From Eledone cirrhosa (lineage: Eukaryota): a stretch of 64,000 bases of DNA. Shown here piece by piece: positions 17,772 to 33,210 of the stretch; position 1 is the stretch's first letter, and each line of letters starts with the position of its first letter. Location: contig OZ024753.1 of NCBI GenBank assembly GCA_964016885.1, positions 23,002,001 to 23,066,000 on the forward strand, given 5' to 3'. The notes under the pieces were generated by a model. That model saw only the letters and a program-made list of their open reading frames with translations. It was not told the DNA's origin and did no database searches. A program made the translations under genes and the position numbers.

Positions 17772-19701
17772 TTGTTGCCGAGGGGGCAGTTGTCAGGATA
17801 GGTGCAGTTACAGTTGTGTACGTTGGGTTTTCTCTGGAGTAGTATTGCGGACGAACTTAGGTGTGGTTTATTTATGTTCTGTAGTGTATTGTCTACTGTT
17901 TTTTTGGGGTTCTTTGTACTTAAGTTCTTAGTGTTTTCGTTTAACCTTCTAGTATTGATCTTTTTTATGTGTTGTTCAAGGTTTAACGCTGTAGAGTATG
18001 ACAGTCTTATAGTGGTAGGGTTTAGGATTTTGTGGTATTTGTGTGATGTGGGAAAATGTCTTTTAATTATTTTAAAGAAGAGTACTGGTAAATTTGTACT
18101 AATGGAGCTATTGTATTCGGGGTTATACCATAAGTACTCTTTGCATCGCTTTCTATTAGTTTTGTTTGTTGGTTTACTGGTGTGCATACTATGGTAGTAA
18201 GTGTGGTTTGGTGTTGTGTTATTATATCTACCTATGTGGGATTTATTTTGGGTGTTTTGATTGTTCCCATCTATGTACTCTATTTTGTTGAGGTAGCCTG
18301 CTTTACTAAGGGCGTTATCGTAGTACTCGGCGTGTTCCTTAAATACTTGTATGTTAGAAGATAGACCCGAGATTCTAAGGGAAATATTTTTAGGGATAGA
18401 TTTAATTATAGAGATGGGGTGGTTAGACCCAACATTTACGTATTTGAGATTTTCATTCAATTTATGAAACGGTTTAATCAAACCAGAGTTTAAATTGAGT
18501 GTGACATCCAGGAAGTTAACTACTTTAAGGTTGTATTCATATGTTATAGTTAGTCCTATTTCGAGTAGTAGTTTTCTTATATCTTTGCGTAGTTTTTCTA
18601 GTTTTTGGTTATTAAGGTTTTTAGCTAGGAGGAGAACATCGTCGCGGTATATTCCGCAGTGGAGATTGCTGAATTTTTCCTGGAGTCTAAAGGCGATAAA
18701 TAACCCCACAATATCAGTTATTTCCGCCGAATCGTTAGAGCCCATTGTTATGTCAAAGTTAGAGGGTCTATCTTTACGTACCCAATAACTGTTCTCAAAT
18801 TTGACTATAGTTTTCCTAGCTTCTAATATAATCTTAATTTCATCGTTTGTAAGGTCAGAGTTATCCTTAGCAAACTTAATGGCTCTATTCAAAGTTTCAG
18901 GTGATATCGATGAGTAATATTCATCGATATCAAACTGGATAAACTTAGATTTATTCTTATTGCTAATGCTATTAAACCATCTTATTGCTTCTTGGGTCCT
19001 CCCCCAGAGTTTAATGGTTAACCTTAGCCTTAATTTGGGGGATGATTCTATCTAAGATATATTTGCTTATTTTACCTATATCTGATTTAGAGGGGCAGAT
19101 TAATCTTATTTTAGGGTCATTATCAAAGTTACCTTGTGGTCCTTAAGATTGAAGGTGGGTACCGCGGTAAGAGTGGTCCTGTCCTATCTTCGATTCCGAG
19201 ATTTTTCACTATTTCGCATGCCTCATCATTGATGTGCTTAAGGGTTACTTCACTCGTTTTTCTATATTTTTTATGTAATTCTTTTCGAATGAAGTTGTTG
19301 TATGTAGTGCAATCCATAGTGTACAGGTTTGATGTTTTGTCCGCTTTTACTACAATTCCTTTGGTGTTTTTAAGGTCGTCCAGTAGTTTTTTTATATCTT
19401 TCTGTAATTTGCTGTTGGTGTTGCGTCCTTTGAATTTAATTTTAAGGATTAAGTTCATAAGGTCCTGCTCAAATGCATCTAATAGTGGGTTGGTGGGTGG
19501 GTTTTTACAAGTCCTAAAACCGAATTTGTTGTTTACACCACTTTCTAATGTTGAGTTCATACGGCTTCTATCATAGTGGAGCGTTTTCCACCTGACACGT
19601 CGAATGAATTCATTAGTTTTTTGAATCATGCTCAATAAATATTCCTTTCTACCTTGGGTTGGTATGTTTTTGAGTGACATATCCAGGTAGTGTTTTTCCA
19701 T
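17772..19701 (-). pseudogene. PLE-b reverse transcriptase, frameshifted and 3'-truncated
   Basis: MSLKNIP, VKADKT, FDITMGSNDSAE, GIYRDD, NFLDVTLNL, WYNP, CNCTYPDNCPL; frameshifts near 19160 and 19035; cut off at 17772. Confidence 0.88.
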
Positions 19702-19905
19702 TGTTGTGGTTGCGTTTGCTGTGTGGGTTGCTCGACTTTACAGGAGGTAAATATACAGTATTTTCCGTTGTGTTGTAATATAAATATTACACACAGTAGA
19801 TTATCAGCTCACGTAGAGTTTGCTCGACGGTTCCAGTTGTAGTTCCAAAAGTAATCCGGAGAAAAATAGAAAGATTTGAATGGATACAGTTTAGTTGAAA
19901 GGAAT

Positions 19906-20022
19906 TTATTGACACGTGTTTCTATAACAGTTACATAACCTAAAACAGCTATCTACAAACTTTTAGTTATGCAGACATTCAATATTTCAATGTTATTATT
20001 TACTGTCATTTCATCAGAATAA
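19906..20022 (-). ncRNA. Hammerhead ribozyme (PLE-b copy, sense to the ORF, upstream of ATG)
   Basis: Reverse complement of 17514-17630. Confidence 0.75.
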
Positions 20023-20607
20023 TATTACTGAGGACCTATTTAGTTTTTATAGAGAATATTAGGAGGGAGGGGTGAAGTTGTTAGAAGAATAGTTGAAGGA
20101 GTGGTTTTTCGATAGCAGTGAGAATTCTTGGTGGCAGTGAGTAATTAGATTCCATCTGTTGTTTTGACATTTTTTATGGAATATATTATTGGTTATTTTT
20201 CTAAATCTATAGAAGGATTAGAGATAGTAAAGATATGCGTGGTTGGTTTTGTGTTTGCACTTAACATTCAGACTTAAATTTTTCTTTCAAGTGTACTTAT
20301 TCTTTCACCCACGCATTCACACACAAATATATTTGCACACCTCTACAAAATACATATACTCACAATTCACATATTCATACTTACATATATATACACATGC
20401 ATACACATATATATACACACATGTATTCATGTACATACATACGCGCTCATGTGTATACATTTTCATACTCAACTTATCTTTATATATACACACGTATAGA
20501 CACACACATATATACATACATACTCTAGTCCATGTGTACACACATACGCATACATACACATCCACATACACATACATACATACACATATATATATACATA
20601 TATACAT

Positions 20608-20644
<37 letters not shown>

Positions 20645-20772
20645 AAGTTATATTTAAAATTGTTGGGTTACAACTAGTAAATATTTATAACTGATATAAA
20701 AGCACTCGACAAATACTTGGAGTATATTTACAATATTAAATAAATGGAAAACTATATTTATAAAACCATATC

Positions 20773-20838
20773 TATTTCATTATATATATTTCGGGGATAT
20801 CATATTAACAATATGCTATGCCTTCATCAGACAAAATA
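20773..20838 (-). ncRNA. Minimal hammerhead ribozyme (PLE-c, inverted copy)
   Basis: Reverse complement of 20980-21045. Confidence 0.7.
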
Positions 20839-20979
20839 CAATATAAGCAGTTTTATAGATAAATATATTCGACATACCGTAATAAACATCAACTTCATTT
20901 GAAGAGTGAACCTCTTCAAATGAAGTTGATGTTTATTACGGTATGTCGAATATATTTATCTATAAAACTGTTTATATTG

Positions 20980-21045
20980 TATTTTGTCTGATGAAGGCAT
21001 AGCATATTGTTAATATGATATCCCCGAAATATATATAATGAAATA
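20980..21045 (+). ncRNA. Minimal hammerhead ribozyme (PLE-c)
   Basis: UAUUUUGU CUGAUGA aggcauag CAUAUU guu AAUAUG auaucccc GAAA UAUAUA UA AUGAAAUA. Confidence 0.7.
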
Positions 21046-21430
21046 GATATGGTTTTATAAATATAGTTTTCCATTTATTTAATATTGTATATATATATAT
21101 ATATATACATATACCCACACACACACATATACACATACACACATATATATATATATATATAAGCACTTTAATACATGAATACACTTACATCTAACTATAC
21201 ACATCAAACATATATATATATTTACTTATTTATATACATTTTCACATATATATACATACTTATGGACGTTTTTAGACACATTCATTATCGCATATTTGTA
21301 CCTATTCTCATCAGCATATCTTTTCATTATTAGTATGGTAATTTAAGGTTATTAATATATGTTGAGAAGAGATTGTTTTTATATTTTTCTAACTAGATTA
21401 AGGTTTATATAGTTGGGGGATGTCCCTCTT

Positions 21431-21875
21431 TTATGTAATATTCGGCTTGTAGTGGGAAAAAAGGGTTTTAGTTCTGTGACGGCAGAATAATGTTCGTTCA
21501 ATTCTGTTATTCAGCAGTTTCTTCTTGTGTGTGATTATGTAATAAATCTCAAGATTACACAATTTGCAGAAATTTTGGCTCCTGGAAAAGCTTTGGGTTT
21601 TAGCTAATTTTTCCCATTTTAGGGTAAACTTTTGATTGCTATCCCTGAGCGTCCAAGCTTTTTCTGCTAAAGTTGTTACATTTCTTTGGCTCTGGTGTTT
21701 TATTGAGTAAGAATGCCTATACAATCGAGATTTAAACGATGTTGCCGTTGATCCCACGTAATACCACTCGTTGCCTCCGGATTTAATGGTACACTTATAA
21801 ATAATATTTTTTTCCAGGCAGTTATTGCCGAGGGGGCAGTTGTCAGGATAGGTGCAGTTACAGTTGTGTACGTTG
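21431..21875 (-). pseudogene. PLE-b GIY-YIG endonuclease domain (5'-truncated)
   Basis: CNCTYPDNCPLGNNCLEKNIIYKC...YYVGSTATSFKSRL..H...CKLCNLE...LLN.R..CRH; the upstream part of the track ORF is microsatellite. Confidence 0.88.
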
Positions 21876-21899
21876 TATGTGTATATGTGTGTGTGTGGG

Positions 21900-21955
<56 letters not shown>

Positions 21956-22551
21956 TATATGTGTGTATGTATATATATATATATATATGTGTATGTATGT
22001 ATGTGTATGTGGATGTGTATGTATGCGTAGGTGTGTACACATGGACTAGAGTATGTATGTATATATGTGTGTGTCTATACGTGTGTATATATAAAGATAA
22101 GTTGAGTATGAAAATGTATACACATGAGCGCGTATGTATGTACATGAATACATGTGTGTATATATATGTGTATGCATGTGTATATATATGTAAGTATGAA
22201 TATGTGAATTGTGAGTATATGTATTTTGTAGAGGTGTGCAAATATATTTGTGTGTGAATGCGTGGGTGAAAGAATAAGTACACTTGAAAGAAAAATTTAA
22301 GTCTGAATGTTAAGTGCAAACACAAAACCAACCACGCATATCTTTACTATCTCTAATCTTCTATAGATTTAGAAAAATAACCAATAATATATTCCATAAA
22401 AAATGTCAAAACAACAGATGGGAATCTAATTACTCACTGCCACCAAGAATTCTCACTGCTATCGAAAAACCACTCCTTCAACTATTCTTCTAACAACTTC
22501 ACCCCTCCCTCCTAATATTCTCTATAAAAACTAAATAGGTCCTCAGTAATA

Positions 22552-22668
22552 TTATTCTGATGAAATGACAGTAAATAATAACATTGAAATATTGAATGTC
22601 TGCATAACTAAAAGTTTGTAGATAGCTGTTTTAGGTTATGTAACTGTTATAGAAACACGTGTCAATAA
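22552..22668 (+). ncRNA. Hammerhead ribozyme (PLE-b copy)
   Basis: Direct copy of 17514-17630. Confidence 0.75.
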
Positions 22669-22702
22669 ATTCCTTTCAACTAAACTGTATCCATTCAAAT
22701 CT

Positions 22703-22785
<83 letters not shown>

Positions 22786-22854
22786 AATATATATAAATAT
22801 ATATATATATATAAATATATATAAATATATATATATATAAATATATATATAAAT

Positions 22855-22903
<49 letters not shown>

Positions 22904-22910
22904 TATATAT

Positions 22911-23120
22911 GTAGGAGGTGAGTTTTATTGTAGTACAATAAAGCAATGCAGATATGTTGATTTAAAACTGCACTATCAACAAGTGTTTTTAGCCTTCATA
23001 TCATGTTCTCCTGTTTTATCTGATGAAAAAACAAATATTATTGTTTGGTGATGTTTGTTTTTGAAATGCGCATAATAAAATACATGGAACTCCTTTAACC
23101 ATCTTTTGATCTTATATTAT
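22911..23120. mobile_element. PLE-d: small head-to-head pLTR fragment
   Basis: 22911-22955 is the reverse complement of 27260-27304; 22953-23120 is a direct copy of about 27051-27220. Confidence 0.8.
23012..23082 (+). ncRNA. Minimal hammerhead ribozyme (PLE-d)
   Basis: UGUUUUAU CUGAUGA AAAAACAAAUAUUA..UGAUGUUUGUUUUU GAAA UGCGCA UA AUAAAAUA. Confidence 0.88.
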
Positions 23121-24633
<1,513 letters not shown>

Positions 24634-24687
24634 ACATGGAAAGTTATATTTAAAATTGTTGGGTTACAAATTGTTGGGTTATTTAGC

Positions 24688-25085
24688 TCAAGTAACAACT
24701 GCTTAGTTAAAAATATAGTATACAATTGTAATGTTAATACTGACTCTAATTCTTTTAACTACGTCGGTTCCACATCGACGGAATTTAAACTTCGCTATAA
24801 TAACCACAAGAATTCTTTCACAGATCCAAGTAAAAAATCCTCAACGGCACTATCAGGCGTACTCTGGCAACTTAAGCTAGATAACGTTAGATATTCGACG
24901 GCTTGGAATATAGTCTCAAGAGGGATTCCTTTTAATTCATCCTCTGAGACATGTGACCTCTGCGCAGAGGAGATATTCTTATACTAAAATCTAAAAATTC
25001 CCTTAATCTACGGACAAATTTATTCAGTTGTTGCAAACATAGATTAAACTCAACGTTTAAATATAAATTTAAATTTAAAATATAG
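24688..25085 (+). pseudogene. PLE GIY-YIG endonuclease fragment not in the ORF track (probably PLE-c)
   Basis: Hand translation: [62 protein letters not shown], then a frameshift, then LNLRTNLFSCCKH; preceded by 24635-24669, which matches the PLE-c terminus at 20639-20673. Confidence 0.85.
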
Positions 25086-25127
25086 TATATTTAGTTTGAT
25101 TTATATTTATATGGGAAACTAGCCGAT

Positions 25128-25185
25128 AAATTTTTGATTCCTAAATTTTGATTCCTAAATTTTTGATTCCTAAATTTTTGATTCC
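25128..25185. repeat. ~15-bp tandem repeat TAAATTTTTGATTCC x4
   Basis: Directly visible in the presumed PLE 3' UTR. Confidence 0.85.
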
Positions 25186-25924
25186 TTCTTTTTATTCTTT
25201 TTTTATTGTTTATTTTTATTTTATTTTTTTATTTAAACATTCCTCATGAAAAATTAAGCTACCCTAAAAGATGATGCTCCAAATATTTTGAATAAACCTT
25301 ACACTAGATAAACTTCTATATTAAATATAAGAACATATGTAGACCAAATTGGACATCATAAACTTTTTGAAATGATCTTTGCTAGATGTGATTTGATAGA
25401 TAATTTTTGGCTTTGTCTTGTAATGAACTTGGCAATATATTGTCAATTAACTTTGAAGGGTTGATCTTTGTCGTTTATTTTTATTTTTATTTTTTATTAT
25501 TGTAGTATTTTATAATATTTTTTATTTTTTATTTTATTTTATTTTTAATATCTTTAATATGTAAATTTTTAATACGTAATATTTTTTAATACGTAATATT
25601 TTTAATATGTAATATTTTTAATATGTAATATTCTTTCGTAATTTTTTTAGTTTTCTATTTTATTATTACTTATTATTGTTATCTTTTTATTTGTTTAGTT
25701 TTGTTTCTGATATATATTTTTATTAGTATATTAAAATCTGCTTTCTATTTCTGCTTGATAGATAATCTTGTAGAGTAAAGATAGGAATAATAATACACAT
25801 ATATGTATGCTCTAATTTTTATACCACATTGAGAATGTTTTCCGTGAACTTAGAGTTTGCAGAGTGAATCATGTGGATTCGCATGGATGTTTGTAGCTGT
25901 CACATAAACATATGAATTTTTTTT

Positions 25925-26124
25925 NNNNNNNNNNNNNNNNNNNNNNNNNNNNNNNNNNNNNNNNNNNNNNNNNNNNNNNNNNNNNNNNNNNNNNNNNNNN
26001 NNNNNNNNNNNNNNNNNNNNNNNNNNNNNNNNNNNNNNNNNNNNNNNNNNNNNNNNNNNNNNNNNNNNNNNNNNNNNNNNNNNNNNNNNNNNNNNNNNNN
26101 NNNNNNNNNNNNNNNNNNNNNNNN
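25925..26124. other. Assembly gap (200 N)
   Basis: Run of n. Confidence 1.
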
Positions 26125-27304
26125 TATTCAATTCTTTATCAATTTAGAATCTTTTCTCAAAGGCACATATACATACACCTCTTTAAAATATACCCATCTA
26201 CCTTACCTTACTTTAAAGGGCATTATACACTCTATAATACTCGTTTACTCATTACCCTCATTCTATCTTCTCGTAAAATAATAACATTTGTTTTTGACAT
26301 TTTGAATATTCATCCGCAATCATTATTATTTTTTTTCTCTCTATCATAAATCTTTTTAATCTCAATTTCATCCTTAATTTATTATTATTTTTTTCTCCCC
26401 ATCAACGAACTCATTATTAATACATATCTATTCAATATACAAACTTTAACTTCACATTATTTTTCTCAAATCCTTCTACACACAAACGATAACAACTTTT
26501 CTCTTCGCTAATTTTGAAATTGCCACAATACATACATTTCTTCTTTTGACGTTAGAATATTCACCCACAATTATTATTTTTTTCTCTCTATCTTCATACA
26601 TAATTTCCCTTCGTTAATTTTCAAATTCCTTTAATTTATACATTATCTTCCAACGGTTCCCAACCTCTCTATATTAAAACAATATATCTTTTTCTCAGTT
26701 ATAAAAACTATCTCTTTCTCTCTATCACCCATCTCTCCCTCCCCACCTTCACTCTCATCTCCTCCCCCCTTTTTTTCATCCTTTCCACCCCCCCTCCCTA
26801 AATAAAATATTTTTTCCTCGCACATATCCTCCCTTCATTAATTTTCAAAATTTTTAATTTATACAGTATCTTCCAACGGTTTTCAACCCCTCTATGTAAA
26901 AAATATATCTCCTCTCAGTTATAAAAACTATCTCTTTCTCTCTATCACCCATCTCTCCCTCTCATCTCCTTCCCTTTTCATCCTTTCCCCCCCCTCTCTA
27001 AATAAAATATTTTTCCCAATATCACACATCAATCTAAAACCACTTTTCATATGTTGATTTAAAACTGCACTATCAACAAGTGTTTTTTAGCCTTCATATC
27101 ATGTTCTCCTGTTTTATCTGATGAAAACACAAATATTATTGCTTGATGATGTTTGTTTTTGAAATGCGCATAATAAAATATATGGAACTCCTTTAACCAT
27201 CTTTTGATCTGATATTATTAATACTCCAGTCCCACAAACTGTAGAGTGCTTCTTATCCGATATCTGCATTGCTTTATTGTACTACAATAAAACTCACCTC
27301 CTAC
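26125..27304 (+). mobile_element. PLE-d pLTR/3' UTR copy 1
   Basis: Diverged direct repeat of 28954-30144; contains a hammerhead; ends CTCACCTCCTAC then (AT)n. Confidence 0.85.
27110..27180 (+). ncRNA. Minimal hammerhead ribozyme (PLE-d)
   Basis: CUGAUGA at 27118, GAAA UGCGCA UA at 27161, stem I UGUUUUAU/AUAAAAUA. Confidence 0.88.
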
Positions 27305-28652
<1,348 letters not shown>

Positions 28653-28654
28653 TT

Positions 28655-30144
28655 GAAAGATGAATGATGATTATCATTCATCTTTCAAATACAAACTTAA
28701 AAGAACCAACACTGCTCTCTCAGAACTCATATGGTCCTTAAAAGACAAAAACATTAAATATACCATCTTTTGGAAGAAGGTTTCTTCTGCATCCTCATAC
28801 TTGAACAGCTCTCTATCTAAAATCTGTAATCTCCGCCTAAATGAAAAATTTACCATTATCTCTAACCTAGATTCTATAATAAATAGACGTACAGATTTGT
28901 TTTCTATCTGCCTGCATAAATTCCATAGGACTTTTCACAAAGTATAGAGTTAATATTCAAATCTTTATCAATTTAGAATCTTTTCTCAAAGGCACATATA
29001 CATACACCTCTTTAAAATATACCCATCTTCCTACCATACTTTAAAGGGCATTATACACTCTATAATACTTGTTTACTCATTACCCTCATTCTATCTTCAC
29101 CTTGTAAAATCCTTCATAACATATACATTTGTTTGTTCTTTTGACGTTAGAATATTCATCCGCAATCATTATTATTTTTTCTCTCTATCATAAATCTTTT
29201 TAATCTCAATTTTATCCTTAATTTATTATTTTTTTCTCCCCATCAACGAACTCATTCTTAATACATATTAACTCTTTATTCGCATATATTATATTATCAA
29301 TTCCTTCAATATACAAACTTTTTTTTCTCTTCGTTAATTTTGAAATTGCCACAATACTTATCAACATACACTCTTTTTTTTTTGACGTTAGAATATTCAT
29401 CCACAATTATTATTTTTTCTCTCTATCTTCATAAATAAATTCCCTTCGTTAATTTTCAAATTCCTTTAATTTATACATTATCTTCCAACGGTTCTCAACC
29501 TCTCTATGTAAAACAATATATCTTTTTCTCAGTTATAAAAACTATCTCTTCCTCTCTATCACCCATCTCTCCCTCTGCACCTTCACTCTCATCTCCTCCC
29601 CCTTTTTTCATCCTTTCCACCCCCCCCCCTCCCTAAATAAAATATTTTTTCCTCGCACATATCCTCCCTTCGTTAATTTTCAAATTTTTTTAATTTATAC
29701 ACTATCTTCCAACGGTTTTCAACCTCTCTATGTAAAACAATATATCTCCTCTCAGTTATAAAAACCATCTCTTTCTCTCTATCACCCATCTCTCCCTCTC
29801 ATCTCCTCCCCTTTTTCATCCTTTCCACCCCCCTCTCTAAATAAAATATTTTTCCCAATATCACACATCAATCTAAAACCACTTTTCATATGTTGATTTG
29901 GGACTGCACTGTCCACAAGTGTTTTTTAGCCTTCATATCATGTTCTCCTGTTTTATCTGATGAAAATACAAATATTATTGCATGATGATGTTTGTTTTGA
30001 AATGCGCATAATAAAATACATGGAACTCCTTTAACCATCTTTTGATCTTATATATTATGTATACTCCAGTCCTACAAACTGTAGAGTGCTTCTTATCCGA
30101 TATCTGCATTGCTTTATTGTACTACAATAAAACTCACCTCCTAC
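28655..30144 (+). mobile_element. PLE-d 5'-truncated copy 2 (GIY-YIG C-terminus + pLTR)
   Basis: ORF 28660-28947 (HSSFK..NTALSELIWSLKDKNIKYTIFW..ICNLRLNE..INRR..CLH) aligns by eye with the other PLE endonuclease C-termini. Confidence 0.85.
29949..30018 (+). ncRNA. Minimal hammerhead ribozyme (PLE-d)
   Basis: CUGAUGA at 29957, GAAA UGCGCA UA at 29999. Confidence 0.85.
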
Positions 30145-30152
30145 ATATATAT

Positions 30153-30201
<49 letters not shown>

Positions 30202-30235
30202 TATATATATATATATATATGAATATATATATATG

Positions 30236-30269
<34 letters not shown>

Positions 30270-30272
30270 AAT

Positions 30273-30309
<37 letters not shown>

Positions 30310-30367
30310 ATATTAAAAAAATAATGAATAAAACAATGAAACAGTTCCTTATATTAAACAAAAAAAG

Positions 30368-30522
30368 TTCATTATTTAACGATCGTTTCTAGGATATATA
30401 TGTGTTAGAATTGGCATGCATATTCAACAGATCTATGTACAAAATTATACAAAATTATACAAACTATCAAAATTAAATATACATACCAAACACATATATA
30501 TGCCGTCTTCAGAAATAATGAA
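30368..30522 (-). ncRNA. Hammerhead ribozyme with extended stem II (PLE-e)
   Basis: Reverse complement of 58007-58161. Confidence 0.78.
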
Positions 30523-31128
30523 ATATATTTATTGATAATAACAACAATTCAAAATTTCAGGTCCGTTTGGGAACAGAGTTCAAATTGACCAATGAAAATA
30601 CAAAAAATTTTATGCAGTTAGGTGTGTGTATATACATGTAATTAACTTCGTACACATATTTACATAAAGATATATGTTCACATGCATACGCATGCCAAAA
30701 AGATGTATGTAAATACAAAAATTCAAGGCTAATGTCTCTGTAAGTTTATAATCCACAGATAAAATGCGTATAGACACATAAATATGAAATAAATGTATAC
30801 ACACATTCATATACTCACACATATTCGTACACTCACACACACACGCGCGTATATGCATAAACATACACATAACTACGAACATACATACACACACACACCC
30901 CCACACACATATATATGTGCATATAGTATTATCATAAGCATATGGACATTAATGCACGCACATAAACACTGCCACACATATTTAGATCAGGATACAGAAA
31001 TTAGGTGGGAGGGGGGGAGAGGTCAGTATTCAACGGTTTCGGCAGACTGCCTATTTATAAATGTATCTATAAACTTAGAAATAAAAAGAAAAGAAAAAGA
31101 AAAAAGAAAAAAGAAATATATCAAGAAA

Positions 31129-31159
<31 letters not shown>

Positions 31160-31595
31160 CACACATACACACACACACACACATATATACATATACATAT
31201 ATATATACACATATATACACACATACATATATATATACACATATATATACACATATATACACACACATATATACACACACATATATATATACACATATAC
31301 ATACACACACATATATATATACAAACAAGTAAAATATAAAGTATACATCGATATACATACATATAGACATATAAATAAATACACACGCATACACACACAT
31401 ACATATACATACATATACATACACATATATATAAACACATACATACACATACCATATAAATACACATACACATACACACACGCATACATATAGAGACACA
31501 TACATATACACATATAAATACATAGACACATACACACATAAACACACATATATATATATATATATTTTTACACTCATATACACATACACGCATAC

Positions 31596-31667
<72 letters not shown>

Positions 31668-31716
31668 TCACAACACTCGTATATATATGCACACTCATAC
31701 ATATACACACATATAC

Positions 31717-31777
<61 letters not shown>

Positions 31778-31904
31778 CAGTCACATCTACATACATATAT
31801 ATATATAAATACACTCATATATATACACACATAAACATACATACCCACATATAAATATATATATATATACATAAATATATATACACACATACACACATAC
31901 ACAT

Positions 31905-31945
<41 letters not shown>

Positions 31946-32058
31946 CACATACATACACATATACACACATACATATATACTCACACACACACACCTACAC
32001 ATACATACACATGCACATATATAAAGATATATATACACACACACACACATATAATAAA

Positions 32059-32092
<34 letters not shown>

Positions 32093-32502
32093 CATACATA
32101 TATACACACATACATACATATACATACATATATATACACACATATACATACACACATACACACATACATACATACACACACACATACATACACATACATA
32201 CTCATACATAGACATAGATATATACTCACACACACATACGCACTTACATATACGCATATATACAAATACATACACATCCATATATGCGTATATACATACA
32301 AACACCACTACACGCTCACACAACTCAGACATACAAAGAAAAAGGTATATACATACACATATATACACACATAAATAGAGATACATATAAACACATATAT
32401 ATATATACATATATATATATACACACACACACGTACACACATAAACACACATACAAACACATACATACACACATACATACATATATATACACACACACAA
32501 AG

Positions 32503-32559
<57 letters not shown>

Positions 32560-32832
32560 CATACATATACACACACACATATATACACATGCACACACAT
32601 ACATACATACACATACACATACATATATATAAAAAAATAAATAAATAAGATAAATAAAAAATAAATAAATTAATACACAGTCAGACAAATATGCACACAC
32701 ATACATATACATATATGTATATATATATATACACACACACACATACACACACACACATACATATATATACACACATACATACACACACACATATATATAC
32801 ATACATATACACACATCAACTACAAATACATA

Positions 32833-32865
<33 letters not shown>

Positions 32866-32913
32866 TATTTTCACATATATATATATATATACACACATTA
32901 TATTATAATAATA

Positions 32914-32952
<39 letters not shown>

Positions 32953-33167
32953 TACATATATATACACACACACTCACATATATATGCGCACATACGTACA
33001 CATATACACATACACACATATACACATAGACATATACATGTGCATACATGTACATACACACATATACCCACATAGATACAAAGATACACATATATATAGA
33101 GAGACATACATATACATACACATATATACACACACATACATACACACATATATATATATACATACAC

Positions 33168-33210
<43 letters not shown>

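Larger units (their letters stand above)
20642..21089. mobile_element. PLE-c: head-to-head pLTR fragments forming a 361-bp palindrome, nested in a TA run of the PLE-b pLTR
   Basis: Arms 20729-20906 and 20912-21089 with a 5-nt loop; absent from the PLE-b pLTR copy that starts at 21877. Confidence 0.75.
16921..22708 (-). mobile_element. PLE-b: rearranged Penelope-like (Naiad-type) element with three pLTR copies
   Basis: pLTR(+) 16921-17771; RT(-) 19701-17772; pLTR(-) 21430-19765 with a nested PLE-c insert; GIY-YIG(-) 21875-21431; pLTR(+) 21877-22708. Confidence 0.88.
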
